A stretch of DNA of 64,000 nucleotides, from NCBI RefSeq assembly GCF_009914755.1, contig NC_060936.1, one strand, 5' to 3'. The notes below the pieces were generated by a model that was not told the origin of the DNA, did not search any database, and saw nothing but the letters and a program-made list of their open reading frames with translations. This DNA is from the human T2T-CHM13v2.0 reference genome, Homo sapiens. Numbering within the stretch: position 1 is the stretch's first letter; each line of letters starts with the position of its first letter. The position numbers and the translations under genes were made by a program. Below are positions 42,248 to 56,631 of the stretch, piece after piece.

Positions 42248-43360
42248 TAGCTGGGATTACAGGCATGCACCAGCACGCCTGGCTAATTTTTTGTATTTTT
42301 AGTAGAGACAGGGTTTCACTGTGTTAGCCAGGATGGTCTCGATCTCCCGACCTCAGGTGATCCACCCACCTCGGCCTCCCAAAACGAATCTTATTGTGAC
42401 AACTTAGTTATCATGTGTGGCCTTAGCCCAGATGTTTCTGTCACATCTTTGCCTATGACATGATTCAAACGCCATTAGGGTCTGCCCTCAGTCTGTGCCC
42501 ATTCAAAGCAGGAGGAGCATGGCTGCTACCCTATCAGTGTTGCCAGGCAGGAATGTAAACCCATTTCTCCAGAGAACCTGGATACCTGACATTTTGTGTG
42601 ATATTTCTTAAATTTTTTTTTTTTTTTTTGAGATGGAGTCTCGCTCGGTCACCCAGGCTGGAGTGCAATCTTGACTCACTGCAACCTCTGCCTCCCGGGT
42701 TCAAGCAATTCTCTGCCTCAGCCTGCCGAGTAGCTGGGATTACAGGTGCCTGCCACCATGCCTGGCTAATATTTTTGTATTTTTAGTAGAGGCAGGATTT
42801 CACCATCTTGGCCAGGCTAGTCTTGAACTGGTGATCTACCCGCCTCAGCCTCCCAAAGTGCTGGGATTACAGGGGTGAGCCACTGCACCCCGCCGATATT
42901 TCTTAAATTTTAAGTGCTAGCAACCAATTCAAAATTTAAAAAACAAAATACCATCCAAGCCAAATAAAACACATCTGCAAGCCAGGTGCAGTCTGTGAGC
43001 CATCAGTTTACAACAGCTGGTATAGAGATTTGCATCATCTACCTACTGTAAATATTTTAAATAGAAGCTTTAAAATTACTCTGGGCTGACAGTAAAATCC
43101 AGAACCTTGGATAGGTTGACTGTTTTTATCTCCTCTGCAGGTAGGTGAATACTTGGAGCTGTTGTACTACCCCTCTGGGCATCTGGGAGTGGGACTAGCC
43201 AAAAGCAATCAGGTAGCCTGCTAAGTGCCAACTTCCAGTTCAGGATATCCTGAGGGAGAATCATTCTGAGCAGACTCCACAGAAGACATTGGCCCTGGTC
43301 AGCTTAAGGTGCCAGTTAAAGGCAGGCTCTGGTTGATGCAAGGATGGGAAAGAAAGCTAG

Positions 43361-43579
<219 letters not shown>

Positions 43580-44075
43580 TAGCCAGGATGGTCTCTCTCT
43601 CCTGACCTCGTGATCGTCCGCTTCGGCCTCCCAGAGTGCTGGGATTACAGGTGTGAGCCACCGCACCCGGCCGTGAGCTAAACTCTTAATCATGCCTCCA
43701 ATCCACTAAACCACCTGTTAACTGTGGAGAGAAAGGAGACTCTCCATCTCAGAGCCTGATAGTTGTGGCTCCAGCAGAAATATCTTTTGATCAGACATGC
43801 TATCTCCCACACAGAACCTTACTTCAGACTTTGCTTTTTGGGACCACCTGAGTTCATGGTCAGTGTTTCCTTCTAGTCCTATCTGCATATTAGTGGCTAA
43901 TCAACCTGTATACTCCTTACTGAAAAAGGTGAATTTGGCTACACTTAGAACTGATTCTTTCAGATACTCCCAGTTAGGAAAACAGGACAGTAGCTACATT
44001 ACTTCCATATTTTCCATGAGAAAGTAGTGATCAGTTAGCTCAGTAGAGCCAGCTGGGCGGCAGGCTCAGCTATAA

Positions 44076-44395
<320 letters not shown>

Positions 44396-44420
44396 ATTCT
44401 CTTTTGTTATTTTCAAACAG

Positions 44421-44473
44421 GTAATATCTCTTTGCCAAAGCTGGATGAACAAGAGCCATTCCCACACAGCTGA
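44421..44473 (+). CDS. GATC: GATC exon 4 CDS
   Basis: Acceptor ttttcaaacag|; (G)NISLPKLDEQEPFPHS*; total 136 aa. Confidence 0.93.
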
Positions 44474-45237
44474 GTAGCTCATTCTGGAAAGGGGGTACTC
44501 TGTGAACATGTGGAAGCATAATGACAGTATTTTTTTACTGTGAATACTAATGTTCCTGCTTTTTTCAGTCCCCTGAAAAAATGGATGCTCAAGCATTTCT
44601 TAATAACAGATTCTTCTGAAGACAGAATTGGGAAAGATCTGGCCCCAACAAGGCAGTGAGTTCCTGATGCTAACTGAGGTGAAAGAAAAGCAAAAGTCAG
44701 CTTCCAAGGAATTCACTTAACAGGCCTGTTCAGTATGGAAGACATTATTTATCTGCCTTTAACTCCCCCCAAAGGACCATACCAACTGCATGAAAGTGAA
44801 CTTTTCTATCTACGTAACTGGTAGACGGAGCATCTTGATCACTATGTGACAACCTTGGCTGTCATTTTTAGTTGCCATTTGCATTGATTTGAGCAGCCCT
44901 ATCTTTACCGAACATACCTGAATTTGTTCCTGGGCTCCCACTTTCTTCCCAGAAGAGGGCTAACTTCCTACTAAGGTCTGAAGAGTGTTGAAAGTAGACT
45001 AGAGCTTGGGAACTCCTAACCTAGAACTATCTGCCATCCCACAAAGTGATTATATGCCAAAGGGATACTAGTCATACCTAGTGTTTCTCTTTCTGAAAAG
45101 AGAACTTATCCTAAAATTAGCCCTGGGCCTGGGACAAAGGAGCCCTCTCCGCCCCCAAAATGATTATTAAATTGAGATGAGTCCAGGATAAAACTCAGAT
45201 ACCAAGGATAAATGAAACTTATTTAGGGATAAAAGTG

Positions 45238-45905
<668 letters not shown>

Positions 45906-46060
45906 TTTATTTTTCCCATTCCCTTCCTTTATCTGCAATGCTTTTTTCTTTAAGGCAGCCTAATTTACAAGCTTGGCCTTGAATTAAAAGAGAACCCAGA
46001 ACCCGCTCTTGGAGTTTACGTTCTCAAACCAACATCAGAGCAACTGTCTATCCCCATATA

Positions 46061-46066
46061 AATAAA
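46061..46066 (+). terminator. GATC: GATC proximal poly(A) signal candidate
   Basis: AATAAA just before the probable SRSF9 3' end. Confidence 0.55.
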
Positions 46067-46460
46067 GTTATCTACCCCTGCTCCTAACTGGGTACAAGTT
46101 ATGACTACAACTCAGTGATTTTTTAAATTAGTGTGCCTATTTGGTGAAATCTGTGAACTTAATCAAGGACAACCACACATGTCAATTACTAAACATTTAA
46201 AATATATTTCTAAACAGAATGGGCCGACTCAGTCACAGTAACTGTTGATCTCCATAGTAGAGCAACCCACAAAGACAGAACTGATTTTTTTCCCATAATC
46301 AGGGGTGAAAAATATACAACTTGTTTCTGAACCAAAACCACAATTTCTGCAGTTTAAAATGTTTCACTGCTAATATGGCCCTGGTAGAAATTATGTAGTT
46401 TTTTTTCTTCTTTAAAAAAAAAAAATTAAAAAAATTTCCTAAGACACTAAATCCTCAATC

Positions 46461-46468
46461 TGGAATGT
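46461..46468 (-). promoter_or_regulatory. miR-1/206 8mer site in the SRSF9 3' UTR
   Basis: ACATTCCA on the minus strand, about 65 nt after the stop. Confidence 0.6.
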
Positions 46469-46532
46469 AGATTCTGAGCACAAAGCAGCTCAGTTAACCT
46501 AAAAAATAAAGAAAAAATTCCCATCACCTGTC

Positions 46533-46676
46533 TCAGTAGGGCCTGAAAGGAGAGAAGTAGTGTGGGGAACCCCTGCTTTGGTATGGAGAGTCACGGCCCC
46601 TTGACCCAGACCGAGACCGTGAGTAGCCATAGCTGGTGCTTCTCTCAGGATAAACTCGGATGTAGGAAGTTTCACC
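46533..46676 (-). CDS. SRSF9: SRSF9 exon 4 CDS (RS domain)
   Basis: [47 protein letters not shown]; total 666 nt = 221 aa plus stop. Confidence 0.97.
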   Translation of the reverse strand, partial: GETSYIRVYPERSTSYGYSRSRSGSRGRDSPYQSRGSPHYFSPFRPY

Positions 46677-48240
46677 CTGAAATGCAAACAAAAACAAAAA
46701 GAGTAAAGGGGAAAAAAATCAGAGCCAGAAGAATAAGCAAACCAACATCTAACAATAATAGTTAAGTATTGAGCACTTACTGTGTACTCTGTGCCTGGCA
46801 TGAGGCTATCTCATTAAACCTTCATAACATTATGAGGTAGGTACTCTTACTATCCCATTTCAAGAATGAAGAAAATTAAGACTTAAGTTATATCATTTGC
46901 CCAAGGTAACACAATAAATGCCAATTTGACATGTTGATACTCAATTAACTATGATAAACAATATATCTGAATTACTGCCATTGACCCCCCTCAAAGCTAA
47001 GAACTGGAAAGGATCTCAGGGGTCATATAGTTTAATCCCCTGCCACCTCATGTATGCATCTTTGGATGGGCATCTATGGAAGGAGCTAGCCTGTATTTAA
47101 TACCTTCCAGATGTGAGGACCTGAGCTAGATGCTTTAGACGTTATCCTCTTGCTCTAGATTCCTGGCAAGTCTTGTGATGGTGCTATTATGTGACCATTT
47201 TGCCCATGAAGGAATCGAGGTCCCAAGAGTAGTTCAGGTAAGGAATTAATAAGCAGCAGAGGAGTCATGTCCAGGCTGGCTTGTCCCCAGGCCCTCTGCC
47301 TTCAGCCACCATTCTCAGAAGATCCAAAGATGCCAAGGGGAAAGAAGCCGGATGCTTTTTCACCTTAGGTGAAAGTCAGTAATTGGAGTTACCCTTTCTG
47401 AGGCCCTGCTTTGCAGTATAACTGAGGATCAGGTGCTGTTCTGTTTCTGCTTCAAATTCAAGTCCTAGAGGACAGTCTGAACAAAAGCATCATTAAACCA
47501 GGGAAGGACCAACCTCTAAGCCAAAAACTAGGCAATTATATGAATCCTCAGAAAAAGAAATGAGCCCAGAGACCTGTGTCCCCAAACATCCGTAAATCTC
47601 ATAGTAAGGCAGGACAGGATAACCAGAAAAAAACAATGTCCAACTGGTCTGGTTTCTGGTCTCAATGGTACCAAAGGGATAGTCACCACCTCAATCAAAC
47701 TGAGATCCAAAACAGCAGCTGCTTTCCTACAAGGAAAGACATCAAGAACTACTGAGTCTGAAGGGTGACATAATCAACCACAAGAAAATGTTACGGTTTA
47801 GCCTGGCACAGTGGTGCATGCCTGCAGTCCCAACTACTGGAGAGGCTGAGGTGGGAGGACTGCTTGGGCCCAGGAGTTCAAGGTCAGCCTCGGCAATATA
47901 ATGAGACTGTCTCTAAAATCAAAAATTAGAGAAATATAAAAATTATAAAATTAAAAAAGAAAATGTCATGATAGCTCAGGTTTCAGAGAGGATGCTGCAC
48001 TACTCTGGGAAAAAAGTGAAGTGACAGCTCAGCCCTGACAGCAGGACCTAGAAGGGCTGAGATGAAGAGGCTGACCTGTAGAGCTCAGCCTGGACCCACA
48101 GGAGGGGTAGTTGAGTTCACAGAGGGATACTGCCATTTAAGCTGGTTGTGAATGGGGTGGTATGAAGACCGACTGCACTAGTATTCTCTCCAGGTTACAA
48201 ATACCATGACCAAACTGTGTAATGTGATACTAATATGCAG

Positions 48241-48246
48241 AATAAA
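48241..48246 (+). terminator. GATC: GATC distal poly(A) signal candidate, inside SRSF9 intron 3
   Basis: AATAAA followed by ATTAAA, with TGTA upstream. Confidence 0.5.
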
Positions 48247-48463
48247 GCATATTAAAAAACAAACGTACCATGAATGCATACTTCTTTCAGCTATGACCCT
48301 GAAGGACTTAGGCATAGCAAATTCCATGGCTTTGTCCACCTAAGATAGATCTCTTATGGTACTGTGAGGTTACCAAATGGCATGGCCTCTTGCTACCTCT
48401 GCTAGGTCAGGTTCAAGTGGAGTGATTTGAGTACAAGCTCCTCAACAGAAGGCAAGGACCCAC

Positions 48464-48636
48464 CTCATGAGAGCGGAATTTGGTGTCATCCAGTTTACGC
48501 AGGGCATATTCCATGTCTTCTTTTCTGAGATACTCGACCATCCCCACTCCATCCTTCTGCACATCAGCATAACAGACATCCCCAGCTTCTCGCATGTGAT
48601 CCTTCAGGTCCTGCCAGCTGCCTGACGGAGGAAGTC
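48464..48636 (-). CDS. SRSF9: SRSF9 exon 3 (pseudo-RRM, SWQDLKD)
   Basis: (G)[57 protein letters not shown]; 173 nt. Confidence 0.98.
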
Positions 48637-49246
48637 CTAGGCATGGAGAACATAAGAAAGCCCACATCCTTCAGCTATGTTAACTGCCCTGTTAAGAGCC
48701 AGCAATACCTATGGTCCTTTCTCCATGATCACTTAAATCCTGAGGGTCCCCAAATCATAAACCTTGATAAGGGACATGAAATCAGAAAAGAGCACTGAAG
48801 TATGTGTGGTAAATGAACCACCTTGAGAAGCTGGTTTTAAGTTCATCTTCCAGAGACCAGGCCTTTTCAACAGAGCAAGAAGTCCATCCCATTACAGGTT
48901 TAGTATCTTTGAGAATTCATAGCCTCTTTCTTTGTCCTTTAAAATCAATGCCAAACTCCTAATACTTTGAGTTCCAATTTTTTCCATTATGAAATTTAAC
49001 AGTACCAATTATTTATTGCTTGACAGGGTTTCACAGGACATGGGAATTTTGAAACCAGACATGAAATAACCAAAGAGTAGCTGAAGGTAACAACACAACA
49101 ACAAAAAATCTAAAGTTTGTTTTCTTGTAGGTATGAATGACAAACTATACAGAGTACCTCTTAAAAGATCACCAACATTCTTCAATACAGTGGGGGGGAA
49201 GGTAAGACTCAGATGCTAAAACTAGTCGGGAGTCATACAACCCTAC

Positions 49247-49389
49247 CTGATGTCATGAAAGGGAAATGTGCTCCTGCTCTCAAAGGCTGTGTTTACCGCT
49301 CACAGCTCAGGACTGCAGCCATTTCCTAATAGTTTTCTAAGCAGGATTTCAGAGCAGCATGGAGAGAAAAAAAGATAATGTATGACATC
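49247..49389 (-). other. SRSF9: Candidate SRSF9 poison cassette exon (143 nt, PTC)
   Basis: Minus-strand acceptor ctctattccctccttcag|, donor CAG|GTAGGG; in-frame TGA at 49349-49351. Confidence 0.65.
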
Positions 49390-50140
49390 CTGAAGGAGGG
49401 AATAGAGTTCTGGGGTTAAAAAATTACAAAGGGACACAAGATAGGCAGATACTGAGAGTATCACTCTTAAGCACATGGGAGTATGCTGTGATTGTGTGAC
49501 ATTCACATCTTAAAAAGGTGCCAGGCTCCTCGATTTATTTCATTCCACCAGGGCCCTAAAACTCCCATGCAATATGCAGAAGGCCCCAGGTCTTTCCAGT
49601 GTGTTAATATTTTGAAGATAGATAAACCTCCCAGTTTAGCATTTCATCACTTATAAACACTAGACAGAAATAGTCTATACTTTCCAATAAAATCTCTAAG
49701 ACTCTTAAGTTACGGGGTTTTAAAAAATATTTAATTCTAAAACCACCACAAAATCTGATCTTCTTCAGGATCCAAGGCTGGGTAAGTTGTTCAAATCTGG
49801 CTCCTTGAATGCCTTTCTACCATGTCTGATGCCAAGTATATTCCAAAAGAAGCATCTTTAGAATTGTAGCTCAAGTTTTCCCATCATCTTTCCTTCTCAC
49901 CACTAGAAAACTCCTTTACAAGAAATATGGTTATGTTCTTCCAAGGCTGCACTCCCAGCGCAATTTCATTTGCAGGATACTTTCCTCATTGGCAATCCAG
50001 GGCAAGGCTTCACACAGGCTATTGAAAAGAAAGCCCCCGTGTCCCATGCACTGAAGAATAACAGCTATCATTTCTTGGAAGACAGACTCTGTGTTAAGTA
50101 TTTTACATGTATCATCTCATTCTGTTTGAAAGGAACATAC

Positions 50141-50301
50141 CTGAAACAAGAACTCGGAAATCAGATCTTCTTGTAGGAGGCCCATTCCTCCCACCACGGG
50201 GCCACCCACCCCGACCTCCATAAGTCCTGGGGAACTCCACACGAAGCCGACACTGGCCATAATCATAACCATTTCTTCCATAAATAGCATCCTCTGCATC
50301 T
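50141..50301 (-). CDS. SRSF9: SRSF9 exon 2
   Basis: (R)[53 protein letters not shown]; AG/GT flanks; 161 nt. Confidence 0.97.
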
Positions 50302-51904
50302 CTAAAAAAAACAACAACAACAAAAAAAACGTTTGGAGTTAGTGCTGTTCAGGAGGCCAAGTGACTTTCCAAGTGAGGGGCATGAGTAGTAAGCATAAAA
50401 GGGAAACCTAGAGTGAAGAAAAAAACACACAAATCAGGATCCTGAAGCACTTCTGCTTTGGTTTGGAGACGTTTCATGATACTGGAATTAACCTTTACAG
50501 CTGTCACACGCAGTTTTAGAGGTATGAAATTATAATGAATGAGCAAACAGATTACTCATAAGAGGGCTAATTCAGAGAAAAAAAAGAATCAACTGCTGAC
50601 AGATTATTGATTTTGCCAATAAACCATCAGTGTTTTTCTAATCTTCGTGAGCATTTTCTCGAAAAGCACACCACACACTAACCCCTTAATATTTTTCTAC
50701 AAAGCCTAGTGCCATAAAGTCTATGGAAATAAAAAGTAGGCGGTTAGCCAGGCATGGTGTTGCACGCCTGTAGTCCCAGCTACTTGAGAGGCTGAGATGG
50801 GAGTGCAGAGCCAAGATCACACTACTGTACTCCAGCCTGGGTGACAGAGACCCTGTCCCAAAAAACAGGAAAAAAAAAGTAGCCAGTTAGATAGGAGAGT
50901 ATTTGAGGGTAAATAAAGTAGCTGGGCATGATGTTTGAGCCCAGGTCAGGCCAGCCTGGGTAATATAGTGAGACCCGGTCTTTTAAAAAAATAAATAAAT
51001 AAGGCTCAAAGGACAAAAGAAAAATGCAAATGAGTGTTTTGTGATGAATGTGGAACTTTTTTTTTTTTTGAAACGGGGTCTTGCTCTGTCACCAAGGCTG
51101 AGTGCAGTGGCTGGAGCATAACTCACAGCAGCTTCTAACTCTTGGGCGCAAGCAATCCTCCCACCTCAGCCTCCTGAATAGCTAGGGCCACAGGCGTGTA
51201 CCACTGCACCCAGCTAATTTTTGGATTTTTTGTAGAGACAGGTCTCCCTCTGCTGGCCAGCCTGGTCTTGAACTCCTGGGCTCAGGCGATCCTTCCCCTC
51301 AGTCTCCCAAAGTGCTAGGATTACAGGCATAAGCCACTGCGCCTGGCCTTGGAACTCTAAGTGTACCTTTTCAGCATGGTTTGGAGAACTATTTTTGTCA
51401 AAAAACATTCTTTGGATACAATTTTGCCAAAAGAGATAAATATTCAATAAAATTACTTTAAGTCTTTCCTAGGACTCTAGGAGAGTCAGGAATGCCACGT
51501 TGATTCTCCAGTATTGGATGGTAGAAAGTGTGACCTTGGAGCTTGGGTGGACAAGAGGAGCTGAATGTGCTAATGAAGGCATTGTTCAGTGTCACAGGCA
51601 CATAATCACTTGTAAGATTTTAGAACTAAAAGCAACAATGACCATATCCAGTGCAACCTTGACTACGTAAAATGCAGACTGGGAGAGGCAGAACTGCTAG
51701 GAGGTCAGAACAACTCTGAATAAAAACTGGCCAGCATTCAGGCCAGGCGCTGTGGCACATGCCTGTAATCCCAGCACTTTGGGAGGTGGATCACTTGAGG
51801 TTAGCAGCTTGAGACCAGTCTGGGCAACCTGGTGAAACCCCTCGTCTCTACTAAAAAGATAAAAATTAGCTGGGCATGGCATCGCGCAGCTGTAATCCCA
51901 GCTA

Positions 51905-52012
<108 letters not shown>

Positions 52013-52498
52013 TCAATAAATACAATAAATAAATAAAATTAGCCTGCATTCAAATCACTATTCTGCAAATTACTAGTAGTCATCTCTGGGTAAGTGTTTA
52101 ATCAAGTTTTTACATCTCTAATGTGAACAGTATGCCTATCTCACAGGGTTATTGTAATGGTTAAATAAGATACTACATGAAATGCTTTGCTTGAATCTTC
52201 ACATCTAGTGACACCAAAAGATAGTTTTTCTATTATGAAAGGAATGAGGGAAGATGACAATGTAGCGTATCATATAGTAAGTTTGCATTCGAAAAACAGA
52301 AGAGGGAGTTCAAATCCATTGATCCCGGCCTGGCGTGGTGGCTCAGGCCTGTAACCTCAGCATTTTGGGAGGCTGAGGTGGGTGGATCACTTGAGGTTAG
52401 GAGTTCAAGACAAACCTGGCCAACATGGAGAAACCCCGTATCTGCTGAACATAGAAAAATCAGCCAGGCATGATGGCGGGCGCCTGTAATCCCAGCTA

Positions 52499-52606
<108 letters not shown>

Positions 52607-52618
52607 TCAAAAAAATAA

Positions 52619-52885
<267 letters not shown>

Positions 52886-54603
52886 TGATCCGCCCGCCTC
52901 GGCCTCCTAAAGTGCTGGGATTGCCACTAGCTTTCTATCAGTAACTCTAAATCCTCAATATCCTGATCTGTAAAATCTGGTTAACCATACAGGCCGGGTG
53001 AGGTGGCTCACGCCTGTAATCCTAGCATTTTGGGAGGCTGAGGCGGGCGGATCACCTCAGGTCGGGAATTCGAGACCAGCCTGACCAACAAGGAGAAACC
53101 CCGTCTCTACTAAAAATACAAAAAAATTAGCCAGGCGTGGTGGCGCATGCCTATAATCCCAGCTACTCAGGACGCTGAAGCGGGAGAATCGCTTGAACTC
53201 AGGTGGCGGAGGTTGCGGTGGGCCGAGATCGCACCACAGCACTCCAGCCTGGGCAACAAGAGTGAAGACCTGTCTCAAAAAAAAAAAAAAAATAGTACCT
53301 ACACCTCATAAATTGTTAAAAATACTAAATACAGGCTGGGCGGGTTGCTCACGCCTGTAATCCTAACAATTTGATCCGCTGAGACGGGAGAATCACCTGA
53401 GCTCAGGAGTTCCAGACCAGCCTGAGCAACATGGTGAAACCCCTAATTTATCAATCTAAAAAAATAAGAAGGAAAGAAAAAAAGCTAAATACACACCATG
53501 GCACTTGACCCATAGCAACTGTTGAAAAACCACAATGGCACGGTTACTAAATAAGCGAGGCATAGCCTTCTCCGGCTTAGGGGTAAAAATGCCCAGTTCC
53601 GGTTTTGAGGCAAATGAGGAGATACTAGGGATGAGCTGTCAGAGTCGACTCTTCAGCCATCAACGCCTCGCGGTGCTTCCTGCCTGCCCTTCCTCAGATG
53701 CTCCCCTTGCCCTATCAATACGTCCACCCCAGGTAGGTCGGACACCCTACGAACATTCCGCGTTCCCCGGGAGCAAATGATGCTAGGAAAACAGGGTGCG
53801 GGCTCTTATTTGGCCGGAGTGGAGTGACCAGGTCAGCGCCGCAGCTGCTAACCACCACCAACCACAGTTTTGAAAGTTCCTGGGCTTTTTCCGGCCTGAG
53901 GGCCGACGCTGTTTGCAAAATCACAAGCACTCCTTAGAGCGGGGTTAGGAATCTAGAGTTTCCAAATCCCTGGAACCTTTAGCATCTCGCCAAGCCTCCC
54001 TCATCAAAGGAGGGAAGTGAAATCAGAGCCCCACTCCGGCTGTTTTAGAAGTTTTCCCGAATCCGTGATCCCTTTACAAAGCCCGGGCCCTGGCCTGCGG
54101 GGCGGGGCGCGCGAACGGCGAGCTATTCCACCAGAGATCCCTCCACGACCTCCAGCGGCATCCGCGACCCTGCAGCTTGCTCTCCAGCCACGGCGAGCAC
54201 GGGCCGGGGGAGAGGCGAGCGGGAAGGGCGAACGGCGACCCCCGCGCTGCCCCGCGGCCGCTTCCCCCTACGGTGCTGCCCCAGGCAGGAGGCGGACAAG
54301 GCTCATTTGGACCCCCCGAGGCCGGTGCAGGCGGGCTTGGGCCCTCCAAAGGCTCAGCTTTTGGGTTTCTAAGTAAAATATTGGAATAATAAAAATAAAG
54401 GAAGTGACGACGGCGCGAAGGACGGCCCGGGCCTGCGAGGAGAGGCTGCCTCATCCTCCACCCGTGAGGGGGCGCCGTGAGGGGTCTGCGCGGAGGCGGG
54501 GGGAGGGGAGGCCGGGGGGAGGGGAGCCCTGGGGGAGGGGACAGCAGGGAAGGCGGGGGCCTCAGGCACCGAGGAGGAGAGGGCAGGGGCGCGGGGGCCT
54601 CAC

Positions 54604-54791
54604 CGGGGGTCCTCGAAGCGCACGAAGGCGAAGGGCACGAGGCCGTGCCGGTTCTTGAGCTCGATCTCGCGGATGCGGCCGTACTTGTAGAACAGGTCCT
54701 CCAAGTCCTTCTCGCGCACGTCGGTCGGAAGGTTCCCCACGTAGATGCGCCCGTCGCCCTCGCCGCCGCGCTCGTCCGCCCAGCCCGACAT
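54604..54791 (-). CDS. SRSF9: SRSF9 exon 1 CDS (RRM1)
   Basis: [62 protein letters not shown]; donor GTGAG; 188 nt. Confidence 0.98.
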
Positions 54792-55029
54792 CCGCACCGC
54801 CCGACGCCGCGGGCCCGCCGCAGCCCACGTCGCCGCCGCCGCCTCAGCACGGGTCCCCCCGCAGCGTCCCCGCGGGCTCCGAGGCGCTCAGCCGCACTGC
54901 ATTGTGGGAACGCGGAGCGGAAGCGAAGGGGTCGGCGGAGGCAAAAGGAGTCCTCTTAAAGAGAACGCGGCTGCGACCATTGCGCGTGCGCGCAGGCCGG
55001 CGCCCCCTGGAGGTGCGAAGGGCCTTCGG

Positions 55030-55286
55030 GCGCTGACAGGGAGAGCCTGGGGCCGGGCCGTGTGGATGCCATCCCCGAGCGCGGTTCGCGCTCGGCTGAG
55101 GCGCTGGACAAGTGGCTTGGGCTCCCGCGCCTCAGTTTCTCTCTGTGGCGCCGCCTACCTCACAGACTTGTGAGCACTCACTGACGTGGGTAGCGCCCAG
55201 GGCCTGCGGGGCGCAGGAGAGCTGGAGTCAGGCGGAGACCGCAGGCTGACCCCGCAGCGGCCGGGCTGTCGCGGCCCCCACCTCAG
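55030..55286 (+). other. DYNLL1: Probable distal non-coding first exon of DYNLL1 (5' boundary approximate)
   Basis: Divergent from SRSF9 within the CpG island; donor CAG|GTCAGT at 55287. The assignment rests on recalled gene order; no DYNLL1 CDS is in the window. Confidence 0.55.
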
Positions 55287-55928
55287 GTCAGTAGGCCCCC
55301 GGGCCACCCTGTCCCCATTTTACAGTTGCTCAGAACTGACGGTGTCAGCATGAGATGGACTCCATAGCTTGGCCTTGAGTTTGTCGGAGTCGAGGGAGTA
55401 AGACTCTTAATGAGTATCACAGCGATCACTATAGAGTGCATCCGACTTGTGCTTTTCATCCTCTCCCGGGCAGAGTCTGAGGCCACAGAGGGGTCAGGAA
55501 TGGAACCCAGAGCCATGCTCCCATCCTAAGTACTGAGTCCTTATGGAGCTCAGGTAGACACCCACCTTGGCACTTACTTTTCCACATTCACATCCCAGAA
55601 CGCGGAGCATTGAACCCAGGGACCTTACAGTGAGGCCTTGCACCAGAAGACTTTTTGTTTGTTTTTGATACAGGGTCTTATTCTGTTGCTCAGGCTGGAG
55701 TGCAATGGCGCGAACACGGCTCACTGCAGTCTCGATCTCGCTGGACTCAGGTGATCCTCCCACCTCGGGGCGCCGTGAGGGGTCTGCGCTGCGTCCAGCT
55801 AGTTTATTTTCTATTTTTTTTGTAGAGAGGCTGGTCTCGAACTCCTGGGCTCAACCGATCCTCCAGCCTTGGCCTCCCAAAGTGTTGGATTACCGGCTTG
55901 AGCCCGGCGCCCGGCTGGAATACTCCTA

Positions 55929-56301
<373 letters not shown>

Positions 56302-56385
56302 TTAGGAGGCTGAGGTGGGTGGATCACTTGAGGCCAGGAGTTCAAGACCAGCCTGGCCAACATGGCAAGACCCGCCCCCCTACTA

Positions 56386-56631
<246 letters not shown>

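Larger units (their letters stand above)
53550..55450. promoter_or_regulatory. SRSF9/DYNLL1 bidirectional CpG island
   Basis: CpG-dense; ETS GCGGAAG ~54917; NRF1-like TGCGCGTGCGC at 54981; CTCF-like CCTCCAGGGGGCGC (-) 55000-55013. Confidence 0.85.

Noticed and set aside
54074-55065. Several long Arg/Pro/Gly-rich ORFs on both strands
   Set aside because: Stop-poor CpG island overlapping SRSF9 exon 1 in other frames
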